Shown one piece after another: positions 1 through 15,240 of a DNA stretch of 64,000 nucleotides. Under the pieces are notes generated by a model. That model did no database searches and had not been told where the DNA came from. It was given only the letters and a program-made list of their open reading frames with translations. Position 1 is the stretch's first letter; every line of letters begins with the position of its first letter. The position numbers were made by a program, and so were the translations under genes. Source of the DNA: the human T2T-CHM13v2.0 reference genome, Homo sapiens; the NCBI RefSeq assembly GCF_009914755.1, contig NC_060938.1; one strand, given 5' to 3'.

Positions 1-184
<184 letters not shown>

Positions 185-289
185 TAGCCATCTAGTTTCA
201 CTTCCAGCCTGTGATCAGGTATCTTTTATGGTCAGTCACCTAGCTGAGTCATGTACTTGCATCTTCTGCTTCCAACCCTAGAATTAATT

Positions 290-591
290 AATTGATTGAT
301 TGATTGATTGAGACAGAGTCTTGCTCTGTCGCCCAGGCTGGACTAAAGTGGCACAAGCTCAGCTCACTGCAACCTCTGCTTCTCAGGTTCAAGTGATTCT
401 CCTGCCTTAGCCTCCAGAGTAGCTGGGATTACAGGTGCCCGCCACCACACCTGGCTAATTTTTATATTTTTAGTAGAGATGGGGTTTCACCATGTTGGCC
501 AGGCTGGTCTCGAACTCCTGACCTCAGGTGATCCGCCTGCCTGAGCCTTCCAAAATGCTGGGACTACAGGCGTGAGCCGCTGAGCCCAGCC
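290..591 (-). mobile_element. AluS-like
   Basis: Full dimer; (TGAT)n tail; TSD CCAACCCTAGAATT at 272-285 and 591-604. Confidence 0.92.
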
Positions 592-837
592 CAACCCTAG
601 AATTTAATAGTGAGGGGAAACTGAGGCCGCAGATATGGAAGAGACAAGCTTGTCCCAGAACGTTTCTCATCCTTCTCATGCAGAGCCTTTTCTCCCAGGT
701 CATGTTCTTTATTGAAGCATCACTTCTACAGGCTGCAAGACACAGAAGATCAGGGACCAATTGATAGGAGCAGGAGCAAAGGAAGTAATATTATTTTGTG
801 GCTTCCAAAACCACAAGGAATGAGAGTTGCAAAATGT

Positions 838-1135
838 GTTCATTCAATCCATTCAACAATTATTTATTGAGTACTTTCTATGTGCCAGAGACTGTTTTAG
901 GTGCTTGGGATACAGAAATGAACAAAACAGAAAAAAAAAAAAAAAATCCTTGCCCTTGTGGAGGACAGGTTCTAATGATAGTAAAAGTTTCACAACAACC
1001 TCGTGAGGGAGGCAAGATCATTAGCCACATTTTTCAGATAAATAAACTAAGGAACAGGGACTAAAAATGAAGTAACTTGCACAAAGTTATGCAGCAAGTA
1101 AATGACAAAGCCAGGATCTAGCCCTGGCTGGCTAT
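838..1135. mobile_element. L2 3' end followed by MIR fragment
   Basis: cattcaacaattatttattgagtac is typical of the L2 terminus; ttttcagataaataaactaagg resembles the MIR core. Confidence 0.55.
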
Positions 1136-1196
1136 TTGGCCTTCAATCCCTCCTCTTATCTACTACACGTGATTGTCTGATTTTTCACATATATTT

Positions 1197-1531
<335 letters not shown>

Positions 1532-2011
1532 TGATGTTAGAGTCATAGGTTTTTTTTGTTTGTTTTTGTTTTCTGCTGTCTCTCTTTTTAAACAGAAGAA
1601 CTCTCCTTTTTAAAAATAAACTTTTATGTGGAACACCGAAAAATAAAAATAATAAAAGCGGACCTGTTCTGGATGAAGAGTATGGGTACAGGGCAGAAGA
1701 ACGAGAATTCAGACTGTAGCTGCTGGAGGTGGCAGAAGTTGAATCAACAGATGCTTGCTCCCAAACACCCTCTGGCTTCTTCTCCTCAGTTCCCACTGCA
1801 TTGTGCCTTGCAATCTGTGCAAAGGCTCTAGAAAGAGCTGGGGTAGAAGCCTGGAAAACTAGAGAACAAAGTGGCTAGGTCAGCACTAGGGAGGAGGGCT
1901 GAGTCCTAGGAGAATGGCCCAGGACTCGTTCAAGCTGTAGCCCCAAAGTGTGTGTTTTGGGACAATCTCCTACCCTTTGATAACTGACGCTGTGGCAATC
2001 TTCTGTGGCTA

Positions 2012-2721
<710 letters not shown>

Positions 2722-5700
2722 CATGGAGATGCTTGCTTTGCATCTCCCCATACTTCTTCCTCCTGCCTCCTGCCTTGACCACACTATTTGGAGCCACAGA
2801 CAATACCAGAAAGAAACCTCACAGCTCTCAGGCTGATGGTATGTATCCGTTTGAGCATCCATTGAAGTTAAGGTCCCACAGATTTCTAATGACTACTAAG
2901 GCAGCAGTGGGGAAATTGCTTTCTAATGCAGCCATTATTTCATTGTCTCCTAAAAGACCAGAGTAAATTATACACCTCCTCCTCTCCCCCAAAAACCTGT
3001 CCAAAGTGGCCAGATCCAAAGACTAGGCCTCCAGAGCAGTGCCTGGGGTGTTTTGTTTCAGAGTCCTGGAGTGGAGCGGTTTCTGAAGTCATTTCACTTC
3101 ATCTTGCAACCCCTCTAATTCCTAGCCCTCACCAGTCAGCTAAGTTTTTTAGAGATCACTTGCTCAAGGCCAGTCTAGGGGTCGATTTTACTCAGCTACT
3201 CCCCCAGGTCTCTTTTCACTGTCCTCTGCTTTGCATTGTTAATTTCCTCTCTGAAGGTGCATTTTAACTTTGTTAGCAGGTCTGACACTGGCTGCTTGCA
3301 AGGAGCAGCAGTTCCTGAGTGCCAACTGGGTGCCAAGCCCTGTGCTAGGCATGAGACAGAAAGGGAAATGACCCTCTTTCTAACCTCAGAGTGCTCACTG
3401 TTGTCTAGTAGGGAGACAGTCCCGACAAACACATTGTTACACCAAGGTGTGATATCATCCTGTAATTGGCAAAGGATGGCTGTAGGGTGCTAGTAGAGCA
3501 GAAGGATGCCTGAGTCTGCTCTGGAGAAGCAGGAGAAGGCTTTCTGGGTGAGGCAACGTCGAGGTAGGACTTGGAAGGAAAGAAATTGCTTCTAGGGATA
3601 TATAGATGGGGTTGGAAGAAAACCCTTATCAAGCGTTTTATGGGCATTATGTGATATTTAAGGCACTGGGCTGTGTTACCAAGAGAGAGGCCCTGGTTTC
3701 CTATTTCTACTTTTCTACCTACAGGGCAATCAAAAATCTGTAGTTTGGAATTTGATCTTTGCTTCCTTCAAATTCTCTCCCCTAACCCCCCACCACCAAA
3801 CTCCTTGACAATAAGTGCTTTTTAAAATTTCACTTTCCCCTTTTTGCTACCCCACCTCACCCACAGGGACAAATATAGTGCCTTGGGAGCTGAACTGAAT
3901 AATGAAAGGGTAAAATGGGAAATAAAAGTTAGAAAGTAGCTGGGCCAGACTGTGGAGAGTCTTCAATGTCAGACTACGAAATCTGGGCTTCAGTCAGTAG
4001 CAGAAGTGACCATCTTTTGTGGACTAGAATTTAAGAGACAGGTCAGAGCTAGAGATATGGTTTGGGCCATCATCAGCTTGCTGATGAAGAATTAGTTGAA
4101 AGTAGCTAAATGGTAGACTTCTCAGAGAAGGGAGAACTAGAAAAGAAATGGGAGCTGTAGGTAGTCATGAGGATACCACAATGAGAGAATAGAACCAGAA
4201 AAGCTTATCTTTAGAAAACCTATCTAAAGCTTCAACTTCCACATCTGTATGTGGATATTAACAGCAGCACCTAGCTTAGCTGTTGTGAAGATTCACTGAA
4301 ATAATGCAAGAAAAGTGCTTAGCACAGTAACTGGTGCAGAGCACTTAATAAATATTACTCTTCGTTATTATTATTAGAAAGAGTGATCCTCTCTTTTTGC
4401 ACTGGGATAAGGTCAACTAACGTAGAAATACTAATTGTTAATATATGCATCGATGATTTGTTGCCCGGTAACTATGATTTCTGAAGTGCCAAACTCATTT
4501 CAGTGTTTGCCTTTTAATTAAAATGGGTATTTTGGCATTTTAAAATTCATTTTTGAAGGAACCCCCTACTGAGCTGCAGCATCTCAGGCACAGCAGGGGT
4601 ATACTACCATTTTTAAAAAGCTAGCTAACAATTAATGTCATAATTTTATATTTATCCTGCTAATTACGAATCAGACAAACCCCAGTTTGTCCAAGATTGT
4701 ACAAACAAACAAAGAAGCCTCAGCACAGAGAGGCAGGTTACTTGCAAATTTGCATATTAATTACTGTTTACTGCCTTCGCCCCTGCGGCTGATTAAGAGC
4801 ATAACTATCAAAGAGCACAACTTATACAGGGGCTCCGATTGTCTGGTAGAAGGAGACAACCTGTAATGCAGCCTGCTACTCTCTGAGCTGGCAAAGAGAA
4901 GGCCGCTGTGCTGACTAATGATTACCTGAGCAGAAGAAACAGTCTATGCCCACAGCTCAGAAGATCACTACATAAATAACCATGAAGATTTCTGCGACAC
5001 ATTTGAATAAAGTACAACAGACAACAAAGACAGTCCTAGAGAGTCTCACTCAAAGAAGACCACCTTTGCTTTAGGGTACTTTGGAGGGAGCAATATTATT
5101 CTTGATATGTGCAAGACAATAACAACAACATATATATATATTTTTTTATACTTTGAAAAGTTATGTATGTATTCAAATTAAACTGGTCACAGTGCCTTAG
5201 ATCGGAAGAGTTTCCTAAGGGTCATGAACCTGCTTTCTTTCTTGAGACCTGGCACCAATTCCCTGGGAGGACAGGGTATTCTAAAAGGAACTACCTATAA
5301 CCCAGTCCTCAGTTTCCTCCTAGAGCTGTTGGACTGATTGGGATGCTGGGGAAGTCTAGGGTGTACTGAAGAATTTTAACTTGTCTGTAATTGGAGACCA
5401 AGAAAATCACATTAATTGATTTAAGGACACTAACCCTAAAATAGACTCTTTGTACTCACAATGTGGAGAAGCAAAAGCAGCCTCCTCCTGAGATGAAGTT
5501 CCGTCCAACAAAATCCTTGATGGAGGCAGGAAGAAAATCAACGGAAAAAATTTAATCCTGACATAAGCATAATACATTATGCATGATAATCTTCAGAATT
5601 TGAAAGCCACTTAAAGGCAATCATCTGAAAAAGCAGTGGCTGGCTTACAAGGTGACTTTTCAGCTTCCTGTGGTTGTGTGAAAAATATTTAGGAAGTACA

Positions 5701-6105
5701 GGAGTGTAAAAACAGAGCAAGTCCTCTCTGATTTTAATCTCTGAAATAACAAAATGAATACTTTCACATACTGTCTCAATAACCACTCCTTGGGAAATTT
5801 CATGGTAATATAATAATGATGATAGATAACAATGATCAAGTGCTTACCTTGTGCCAGGCACTTGATATACACGATCTCATTTAATCCTCTCAGTGAGGAA
5901 GGTGATATTTTTTACGCCCATGAAAAACAGTAGAGGAGCTCAGAGAGACTAAGAAGCCTGCTCAAGACCACAGAGGGGGACATGGCCTTTAGCCCCTTAA
6001 GGGTTCACCGAAAAATCACTGACATGAGGCAGATAGATTAATTGGAGAAAAGACATACAAATTTTTTTAATGTGTTTACATGGGAGCCTTCAGGATGAAG
6101 ATCTA

Positions 6106-6417
6106 GCCAGGTGCTGTGGCTCACGCCTGCAATTCTAGCACTTTGGGAGGCTGAGGTGGGAGGATCATTTGAGGCCAAGGAGTTCGAGACCAGCCTGGGC
6201 AACATGGTAAGACCTTGTCTTTACTAAAAAGAAGAAAAATTAGCCTGGCATGGTGGTGTGCACCTGTGACCCCAGCTACATGTGGGACTGAAGAGGGGGG
6301 GAATCATTTGAACTCAGGAGTTTGAGGCTGTAGTGAGCTATGACCGCCACAGCACTCCAGCCTGTGCAACAGAGCAAGACTCTGTCTTAAAAACAGACAA
6401 ACAAAAACAAACAGAAA
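6106..6417 (+). mobile_element. AluJ-like
   Basis: Diverged full Alu inside the LTR. Confidence 0.88.
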
Positions 6418-6470
6418 GACTGAAGACCCCAAGATACAGAAGAAATTGTCCATTTTTGTGCTTAGGTTTA

Positions 6471-6832
<362 letters not shown>

Positions 6833-7496
6833 GTGTATGATCTAATGCTAATAAAATGCATAGGGAAACCCAGCAAGGCTTCTCTGTCGAGATTCATCTT
6901 GGCCCCTCTGAGCAAGTATTCCTTCCTTCTGGGTGTGGGTAGGGCCCTCCCTGGAATGGCGGTCTTATGACCTACAATCCAACAAAGTAGGTCAGATAAT
7001 TTCTTTATGGCCAGTTTTTACATAAAATCTTTTTAGGTTTTATGACTAGTTTTGGGGAAAAGCTGTTTTGGTTTGTATGACCCACCTTAGGGAAAAAAGA
7101 TTCTGGTTTCTATGGCTGGCCTAGGGGGAGAATGGGACTAAGAGACAGGAGAACGGGAGAAGGTGGTCAGAAAAAACCTTTTGCTTCCGAAGCTGCTGCT
7201 GAGGCCTTCATTATGGGGCATTGTTTTCTGAACCCCAGTATTACAAAGGTAGAAAGTGGCAGAGCTGGAATTTGAACCCAAGCTCTCTGACTGTGTAGGC
7301 CACTTTGCTGTGTTATTTCTCATTTTAGGCATTAAGATACAGGTTTAGTTTCCTAATGCCTCATAGTGTGTTGTAAAGTTAGGATTCTATTCCAGCTTTC
7401 TGCACTCCCAAAGTGATTCTTTTTATATCCTCCCTAACGCTGCCTCTCTTAATTATAACTGAGCATTCAGTTTAAAAATATCATGGTATCTTAGGG

Positions 7497-8009
7497 CAGA
7501 GGTCAGTGAACTGACCTCTACTTATTTTTTTTTTATTTTTATTTTTTTGAGATGGAGTCTCACTCTGTTGCCCAGGCTGGAGGGCAGTGGTGCGATCTCG
7601 GCTCACTGAAACCTCTGCCTCCCGTGATGAAGTGATTCCCCTGCCTCAGACTCCTGAGTAGCTGAGATTGTAGGCGCACGCCACCATGCCTGGCTAATTT
7701 TTGTATTTTTAGTAGAGACAGGGTATCACCATGTTGGTCAGGCTGGTCTCGAACTCCTGACCTCGTGATCTGCCCGCCTCAGCCTCCCAAAGTGCTAGGA
7801 TTACAGGTATAAGCCACCGCGCCCAGCCCCTTCTACCTATTTTTATAAATAAACTTTTATTGGAACATACCCATGTTCTCTTGTTACTTGTCTGTAGCTA
7901 CTTTTGTGCTACAATGACAGAGTTGAGTAGTTGTGACCAAGACTGTAGGGTACACAAGCCTAAAATATTTACTATTTGGCTATTTACAGAAAAAGTTTGT
8001 TGACTCTTG
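7497..8009. mobile_element. MER58A-like hAT-Charlie DNA transposon, split by an Alu
   Basis: aataaacttttattggaaca...cagagttgagtagttgtgac...gcctaaaatatttactat...tttacagaaaaagttt matches the recalled consensus. Confidence 0.7.
7524..7828 (-). mobile_element. AluS-like
   Basis: Full antisense Alu; approximate TSD tctac(t/c)tatttt. Confidence 0.9.
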
Positions 8010-8689
8010 ACTGAGAGGAAACATTTCCTTCATTTTTCCTAGCTAACCTGTGGTCCAGTTCTTCAAGAGCAACATCTTTGAGCAAGAGAATTGGTGTAGT
8101 GATGACTAGCCTGGCTAGCAGCTTATTTTAAATCTGAGAGATTGTCTGGGGCCAGGAAAAGTAGCCAGGCGAGCACAAGGAGAGAGGGCTGTGGGTGGCT
8201 TCTTCAGTGCTGTCTCTCTATCTCTTCCCGGACTCCCAAGAAATTACTGTTCCCTGCTGCATCACCGGGACCTTGAACACTGCCTGCAATATCATGGGCA
8301 CTCAGTAGGTAACTGTTGAATTAATAATCAAATATCTTTGATTTTTGATTATTCATCTATGAATTCTGCCTCCAGTCAGTCTTTCCTCAAATGGCACCTC
8401 TAATCCATTCACCAGATTATGCTTCGCAAATCACCCTTTTCATCCGTTGTTCCCTTGATCTAGACCTCTTCCAACAGTTTGTCCTTCATGTCTCCCAGGA
8501 CGGAGTTCAAATAATGCTTTTGCCTGGCAGTTATGGTCTTGTCTCTGGCCCCTTTTCTTCACCCTACACACAGGATCTCATTTGCCTAAGCAACACTTTC
8601 TATTTTTTCAAGACTTAACTCCTGACCATTTGACCACTCAGGGAGGTAGGGTTTGCTAGGTGGGCCGGATCACAGACAGCTTTGGAAGA

Positions 8690-9345
8690 GAACAGCTGTG
8701 ATCAAAACAATGCTTATGATATGCAAAAGAACCTGTAGGAGGGAGAGACTAGGAGCTAGGAGGCCAATTAAGAGTCTATTTGAGGTGATAATTGTGTAGA
8801 CAAGGGCAATGAGAATAGAGAGGAAGGGACAAGTTGGAGATATTTGAAAGGAAGTGTCTTCAGGAATTTGATAAATTAGTGACCTGGGGGATTAAAAAAG
8901 AGGTAAAAGGAACAGGAAGAACAAGAATTTTACTGTAAGGGCTTAACAGATTGTGTTATCATTGATAAAAATAGGTGCTTTGGGAAGAGAAGCGGGATGG
9001 GGTTGAGAGAAAGTGAAGGGTATTTGGAAATAATATTGGGATTATCCTGTGACACTTTAGGGGCCTATATAGAATAGGACATGTGGCATTCGTGTCAATT
9101 TTGAGGTCAGGGCTAGAGATCTTGCTCTAATGAGATTGGCTTTTTAATTCATTTACTCAATAAACACTTATTTGAGCAAGCGCAGTGTGCGAGGCACTGT
9201 TATAGGCCCTTGAGGTATATTAGTGAACAAAACAAGATCCCTGCCTTTGGGGAGTTTGCATTCTAGCAGATGAGACAGGCAATTAACAGCGAATATAATA
9301 AATAAATAAATTGACATAGTGTAATAAGGCACTATGGAAAAAAGA
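8690..9345. mobile_element. L2 fragments
   Basis: Purine-rich diverged L2 body and the 3'-end motif attcatttactcaataaacacttatttgag. Confidence 0.45.
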
Positions 9346-9867
9346 CAAGTTGAGGTAAGGTGGCTGGAGCCTATGGAAGCTGGGTGAGGCCTTTGCAGAC
9401 AACACCCAGAGCTTTTTTCTACAATCACTGGTTTGTTATTCATCTTCTGACCAAGGTGACAGAAGAAATTATGGAGCCCTGGCTACTGTGTGATATTTTA
9501 ATAAAGATTCCTCTGTATGCCACATCTGGAGGCAATTTGAAAAAAAGGGAAACTTCTGGTGGTTCCCATTTCCTGAATGAGTAGCACAGTGCTCAGATGA
9601 AATTCAGATGACAGAAATTCAGATGAGTCGAGGCTGATAATTTGCAGCAATTTAAATGTCACTGCCTTTCCTAGAAGGAAGAGCTTTGTTTATAAACAGC
9701 TGGGTCAATAGGAAATGTAGTAGCCTCATTACTCACATTCTTCTAACAGGATTCCAGTCTGAATGCAGAGTACAAGGGATACATAAAAGACTGAAACATC
9801 ATCACATAGCTTTGGACTTTTGTTCTTTCTGATGACCTGGGGGAAAGGTAAAAGAGCTAATTTTAGA

Positions 9868-10171
<304 letters not shown>

Positions 10172-10592
10172 CTAACTTTATGTTCTTTTGGAAGATAAAT
10201 TGGACAGGATGACGACTTTTGGTAAAGACCAAAACCTTGGGCAATTACCTGGTGATATACAGGAACAAAGACTGTATGTATCTGTATTCTTCCCTGCTTG
10301 AGTTATTAACAAATAAAGTCCTTGCGTGGGTCACATGCTAAACTGCTCTCAGTTTTCTGTGTTTCTTCAACAGGAGCTGGTGTGCCAAGGATCCTCTTTC
10401 ATTTCTATTGCCTTCCATAGCCAAGATGCTTATTGGGGGTCTTCAAAGGAGTGGGGATATTCCAAAGGGAAGGAGGGTGGAACGGGTTGGGTGACGTCGT
10501 TTGGATGTCAGAAGACACAACTGGTATAGATACAAGAGTAGTATGTGCTGTAATTCTAAATTGGGCTCAGCTCTATTAAAAACAGAAACTGA

Positions 10593-10922
<330 letters not shown>

Positions 10923-12261
10923 TCATGTAGAAATGAGCTAAAAAGGAAAGGAAAAGGTGTGCATGGAAGCTCGGGGCTCTTTTTCTGTGTTGGTTTTTCT
11001 AAGCCAGTGAAATCCCCCAGGTGCACGGTGCAGCGTGATGCATACAGGGACACCCCCCGTGGTGCAGCAGAACCAAGTTTTCCTCCCTCTGTTCTGACCG
11101 AAGCAGCTGCTGGCAGTTGGCAAGGTATGATCCAGCCTTCCTGGGAAGAGCCCAGTATCATTCAGAATATATTTGGGTCTGCTGGGTACATGTTCAGCAG
11201 GACAGAAGGGCTTAGAGTTTAAACACTTTTTAACGTAAATATTTCTGTGCTCAGGCAGGTGGGCTTGCACAGTTAGAAAAGCCCTCACCCTAGTGGACAT
11301 GGTATTTGTTTCATATTTTAATGCTAGTGATTTCTACCCCTTCCTCCAATTCAACAAACATTTATTAAACTTCTTGGAGGTGCTTAGGACTCTGTGAGGT
11401 GCTTGGAATCATAACAAAGAGGTAAACTTGAATTAACGACAAACCAAAGTGAACCAATTGTTCAAGAATCTTCTTAGGAATTAATTCCATTACTGGGAGC
11501 AATAAGAAAGTCACTCCCCATCCTCACACACACGCAACACACACACGTGTTCAGGTAGAAAAGCTCTCTAGGTAAAAATAGGCAGGGCTTTTTGCACAGT
11601 GCCCGCAGGCCTTGCCTGGGCGACCCATGATGAAATGCTGATTAAGCTGCTTTGTGCTCCACAATGGACTGATGGGTCGTTCTCTGTTTCTCCTCAACTT
11701 CAAACAGGCTGAGCGGTCTGAGTTTGTTTTAACTCCACTGAGCCCAAATGCCTTTTGTCTTTATCAGACTTTATTCTTATCTTTTCAGAAATGGAACTGT
11801 TTCTCTTTTTCCTGCTTCCTCACATTTTCCTATGAGGCACAAACTCACAAGAGACATGTCTGAAAGTGGAGCAGACAGGAAAAGCACCCATTTTGGTTTG
11901 TTTCTAAACGTCTATTTCTAGAATTTTCCAAGGTCAGTCCTTCTGGTGTGTCACAGACAGGGGATTCGATCTCAATCTACTTTGAAGGTGATTACATTAA
12001 ATAAGCTTTTGTTGAGTATCTGCTTTGTATTGGGCTTCATTCTGAGAGAGTTAGAGATGATACAGAATTTATCCCTGCCCTTGAGGAGTTTAATTGAACA
12101 AGAGAGGCCACATTAATTAAGCTAAGAATTCACTTCTGAGTTTTCAAAGTCACATTCTTGGCTTCAGTGTTTCTATGCATAATGGCCGTAATTTTAATTT
12201 ATGTAACATAGTGTTAAATTAACTTTAGCCTAAAGCCGCCTCCTTGCATTTTTAAATAAAT

Positions 12262-12352
12262 AGAAATGGGGTCTCACTATGTTGCCTAGGCTGCAGTGCA
12301 GTGGCTACTCACAGGCACAATCTCGCTTCTGAACAGCACCAGAGTTTTAACC
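12262..12352 (-). pseudogene. 5'-truncated 7SL (SRP RNA) retropseudogene
   Basis: Reverse complement aaaactctggtgctgttcagaagcgagattgtgcctgtgagtagccactgcac matches the 7SL 3' end, including S-domain bases absent from Alu. TSD CCTCCTT(G/A)CAT at 12239 and 12351. Confidence 0.75.
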
Positions 12353-12709
12353 TCCTTACATATTTTAAGTTCAGCCTAAAAGTTTCTCCATATATAGTGA
12401 ATCTTAACCTAACTGGATGTCCAAGCAGACTTGTAAACCACAGCAGATCAGTTTTAGTCAATCACAGGCAGCCAACTGTTTAAATCCTGTTCAAAAAGGC
12501 AAAAGCAAAGCTGTAACCAATCCCCCTGTTTCTGTACCTCACTTCTCTTTTCTGTATGGCACTTTCCTTTTTCTGCCCATAAATGTTATCTGACAATGTG
12601 GTAGCCCCAGGAGTTCCTCTAAACCTATTCTTGTTAGGGCAGTGTTGATCAAGTGGGGAGGGGTGCTGCCTGATTCAAGATTGTTCTTTGCTCAATAAAA
12701 CTCTGTTAG

Positions 12710-12920
12710 ACTGGGCTCAGTCGCTCATGCCTGTAATCCTAGCACTGTGGGAGGCCCAAGTGGGTGGATCACCTGAGGTCAGGAGTTTGAGACCAGCCTG
12801 GCCAACATGGTGAAACCCAGTCTCCACTAAAAATACAAAAACTAGCCGGGCGTGGTGGCGCATGCTTGTAGTCCCAGCTATCCAGAGGCTGAGCAAGACT
12901 CCACCCCCGTTCCCCCCCAA
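12710..12920 (+). mobile_element. Alu with internal right-arm deletion
   Basis: Left arm intact, then gaggctgag joins directly to caagactcc; TSD AAAACTCTGTTA at 12697-12708 and 12921-12932. Confidence 0.85.
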
Positions 12921-13107
12921 AAAACTCTGTTAAATTTAATTTGTCCAAAGTTTTTCTTTTAACAATAGTAAATTTAGTTGTTCATGAAAAATGGCTCTGA
13001 CACACCCAAATAAAGGAAACCGAATCTAGACATTAGGGATGCTTTAACTAATTGGCAAGCTAGCTAATTTGGCTTAATGAGTTCTTTGCCTAGTACTTTG
13101 TTTCACA

Positions 13108-13414
13108 CTTTTTTTTTTTTTTTTTTTTTGAGACAGAGTTTCCCCCTGTCGCCTAGGCTGGAGTGCAGTGGTGCAATCTCAGTGGCTCACTAAAACATCC
13201 ACCTCCCGGGTTCAAGTGATTCTTCTGCCTCAGCCTCTCAAGTAGCTGGGATTACAGGCGTGGGCCATCACACACAGCTAATTTTTGTATTTTTAGTAGA
13301 GATGAGGTTTCACCATGTTCGCCAGGCTGGTCTCGAACTCCCGGCCTCAAGCAATCTGCCCACCTCGGCCTCCCAAAGTGCTGGGATTACAGGCGTGAGT
13401 CACCGCGCCCGGCC
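13108..13414 (-). mobile_element. AluS-like
   Basis: Full antisense Alu with poly(T). Confidence 0.92.
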
Positions 13415-14789
13415 CAGACTCTATGACTTTAGACATAAAGCATTCACCCAGTCCTGCCACTCACCTTGGAGAGTAAAGCTGCATTAGCAGTGGATCCAGC
13501 TCTCAAGAGGAGCTCACTGTCTACAGAACAATGAAAAGCAGAGGGGGCAGTAACTGGAGTCTTGTCCTGAGTGGCTGACAGAATCACTTCACTGCCTGAT
13601 ATTTAGAGTATCTTTGTCTTCCCACACCATGATATATTGCAAAGATTTTGGGAAATCTTCTTGTGCTCTTTGGATGAAAGGTGTGTTATATTAGGTCCAT
13701 AAAAAGGTTTTGGATAAATTATAGAAAAAAATTGATAATGATGATAATAATGCCATCTAGCATTCATTGAGTGCTTATTATATGTCTGGCACTAAACTAA
13801 TGATGAAAATACATCTCTAATCTGTAACTATCTTATATCTGGTAGTCCCAAAATTGTCAAAATATTCATTTCTAAATGGGGCCTGTTTATAATCTGCAAT
13901 TGTTAATTTGGGTGATGGGTTCATGGTGATTAATTATACCATTTTCCCTACTTTGGTGCTTTGAAATTTTCCCTAATAAGAGGCTAGGCAAAAAAGGAAG
14001 AGGCTAAGCTTCATAAACCATATTCCAGGATGTACTGTGTACGAAACCCTTCACAATAGCTGTCTGTGAATTAAGAGCAAGCCCATTTTACAAATAAGGC
14101 AGCTGAGGTTCAGGTTAAATTACTTGTTGAAAGAGTTGAACCCTGGCCAAAATTTATATTCTTCCCCATATACCCTGCTCCTGTTCTACTGGGCCATATG
14201 GTTTCAAAGAACAGACCTCTGTGTTTTATCTTGGCAGCACTGCAGTACCCAGATTTCTGTCCTTGAGTGGGTGGATCTACTTATAGCTCAAAATAAAGGT
14301 TTTTTTTTTTTTTTTTAATGTAATGTATATGCCTTATGAAAACTGTCAAGGCAATTATGGTGGCTAATGATAATTTTTATCTCATAAGAATGTCCTTGTC
14401 CTTGATTGTATATTCTATGTGTGAGTGTGTTTGTGCACATGTGTGTATAACATTTGGAACTTTGGGGTCCACCTCCCTCTTAGGTTGGTGGTGATTTAGG
14501 CATTATTTTACTGATGAGAAAAACAAGGCTCAGAGAGGTCAAAGTTGGCAAAACCAGTGTATGGTGAACATAATGGAGTGGCAGAATGTGGTGCATCAGG
14601 AGTTAATCCAAACTGGCGGGATTCCGAAATCTCTGTCTTTCCACCACCTCAGTAAGTGCCACATTAGAATCGGATTCTTTCTTCTAAGAAAACAGCTTCT
14701 ATTAAAGCCAAGAGTGGGTAAACCAAATTCCTCTATAGGACCAAACTGAACAGAAGCGAATTGTCCCATCTGTTGTCAAAACCACCCTC

Positions 14790-15240
14790 CCGGACTTCAA
14801 AGCATCTCGGCTCAGGAGGGAGAAGTCCCTGGGCGGGGGCGGCCAGAGGGAGATGGAAGTAGAGCCCCTAGGCTTCCTATCGGTCCCTTCAGGTCTCTGA
14901 GCCGCACGCAGCCACTGACTGTCATCCCAGCCGACTTCTCTTTGAATCTGAGGCTCTTCACGACCCCCATCCTTTCCCTTAGCCCAAACATACACTCTGG
15001 GCCCGACTTCTGTTTGAAGTGGATGTGCTACTCTTCACACTGCACCCTGCGGAGGTGCCACGGGATTAGAGGAGGCGGCGCCCCGTGGGGCAAGGCGACC
15101 CGAGCCGGGCCAGCAGTGTGCATTTTCAGCCTCTCCCGGGGTGATAATGGCATTCTGGGCTTTTCCACAGGGATCCCTAAGCCCCTGAGGGGTCTTAATT
15201 AAAGAGGCTGTGCGGGTCTTGGAGGCCAACACGGGCCAGG
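14790..15240. promoter_or_regulatory. Small CpG-rich element about 6 kb upstream of DACT1
   Basis: Unique GC/CpG-rich patch with a GC box (14831-14839) and a weak CTCF-like motif (14840-14853). Confidence 0.5.

Larger units (their letters stand above)
12212..12964 (+). mobile_element. MER57-like ERV1 solo LTR with two nested insertions
   Basis: Starts (t)gttaaattaactttagcctaaagc and ends aaagtttttcttttaaca, as recalled for MER57B. Confidence 0.72.

Noticed and set aside
9593-9627. Short repeated tcagatga motif
   Set aside because: Local slippage repeat too short to interpret.
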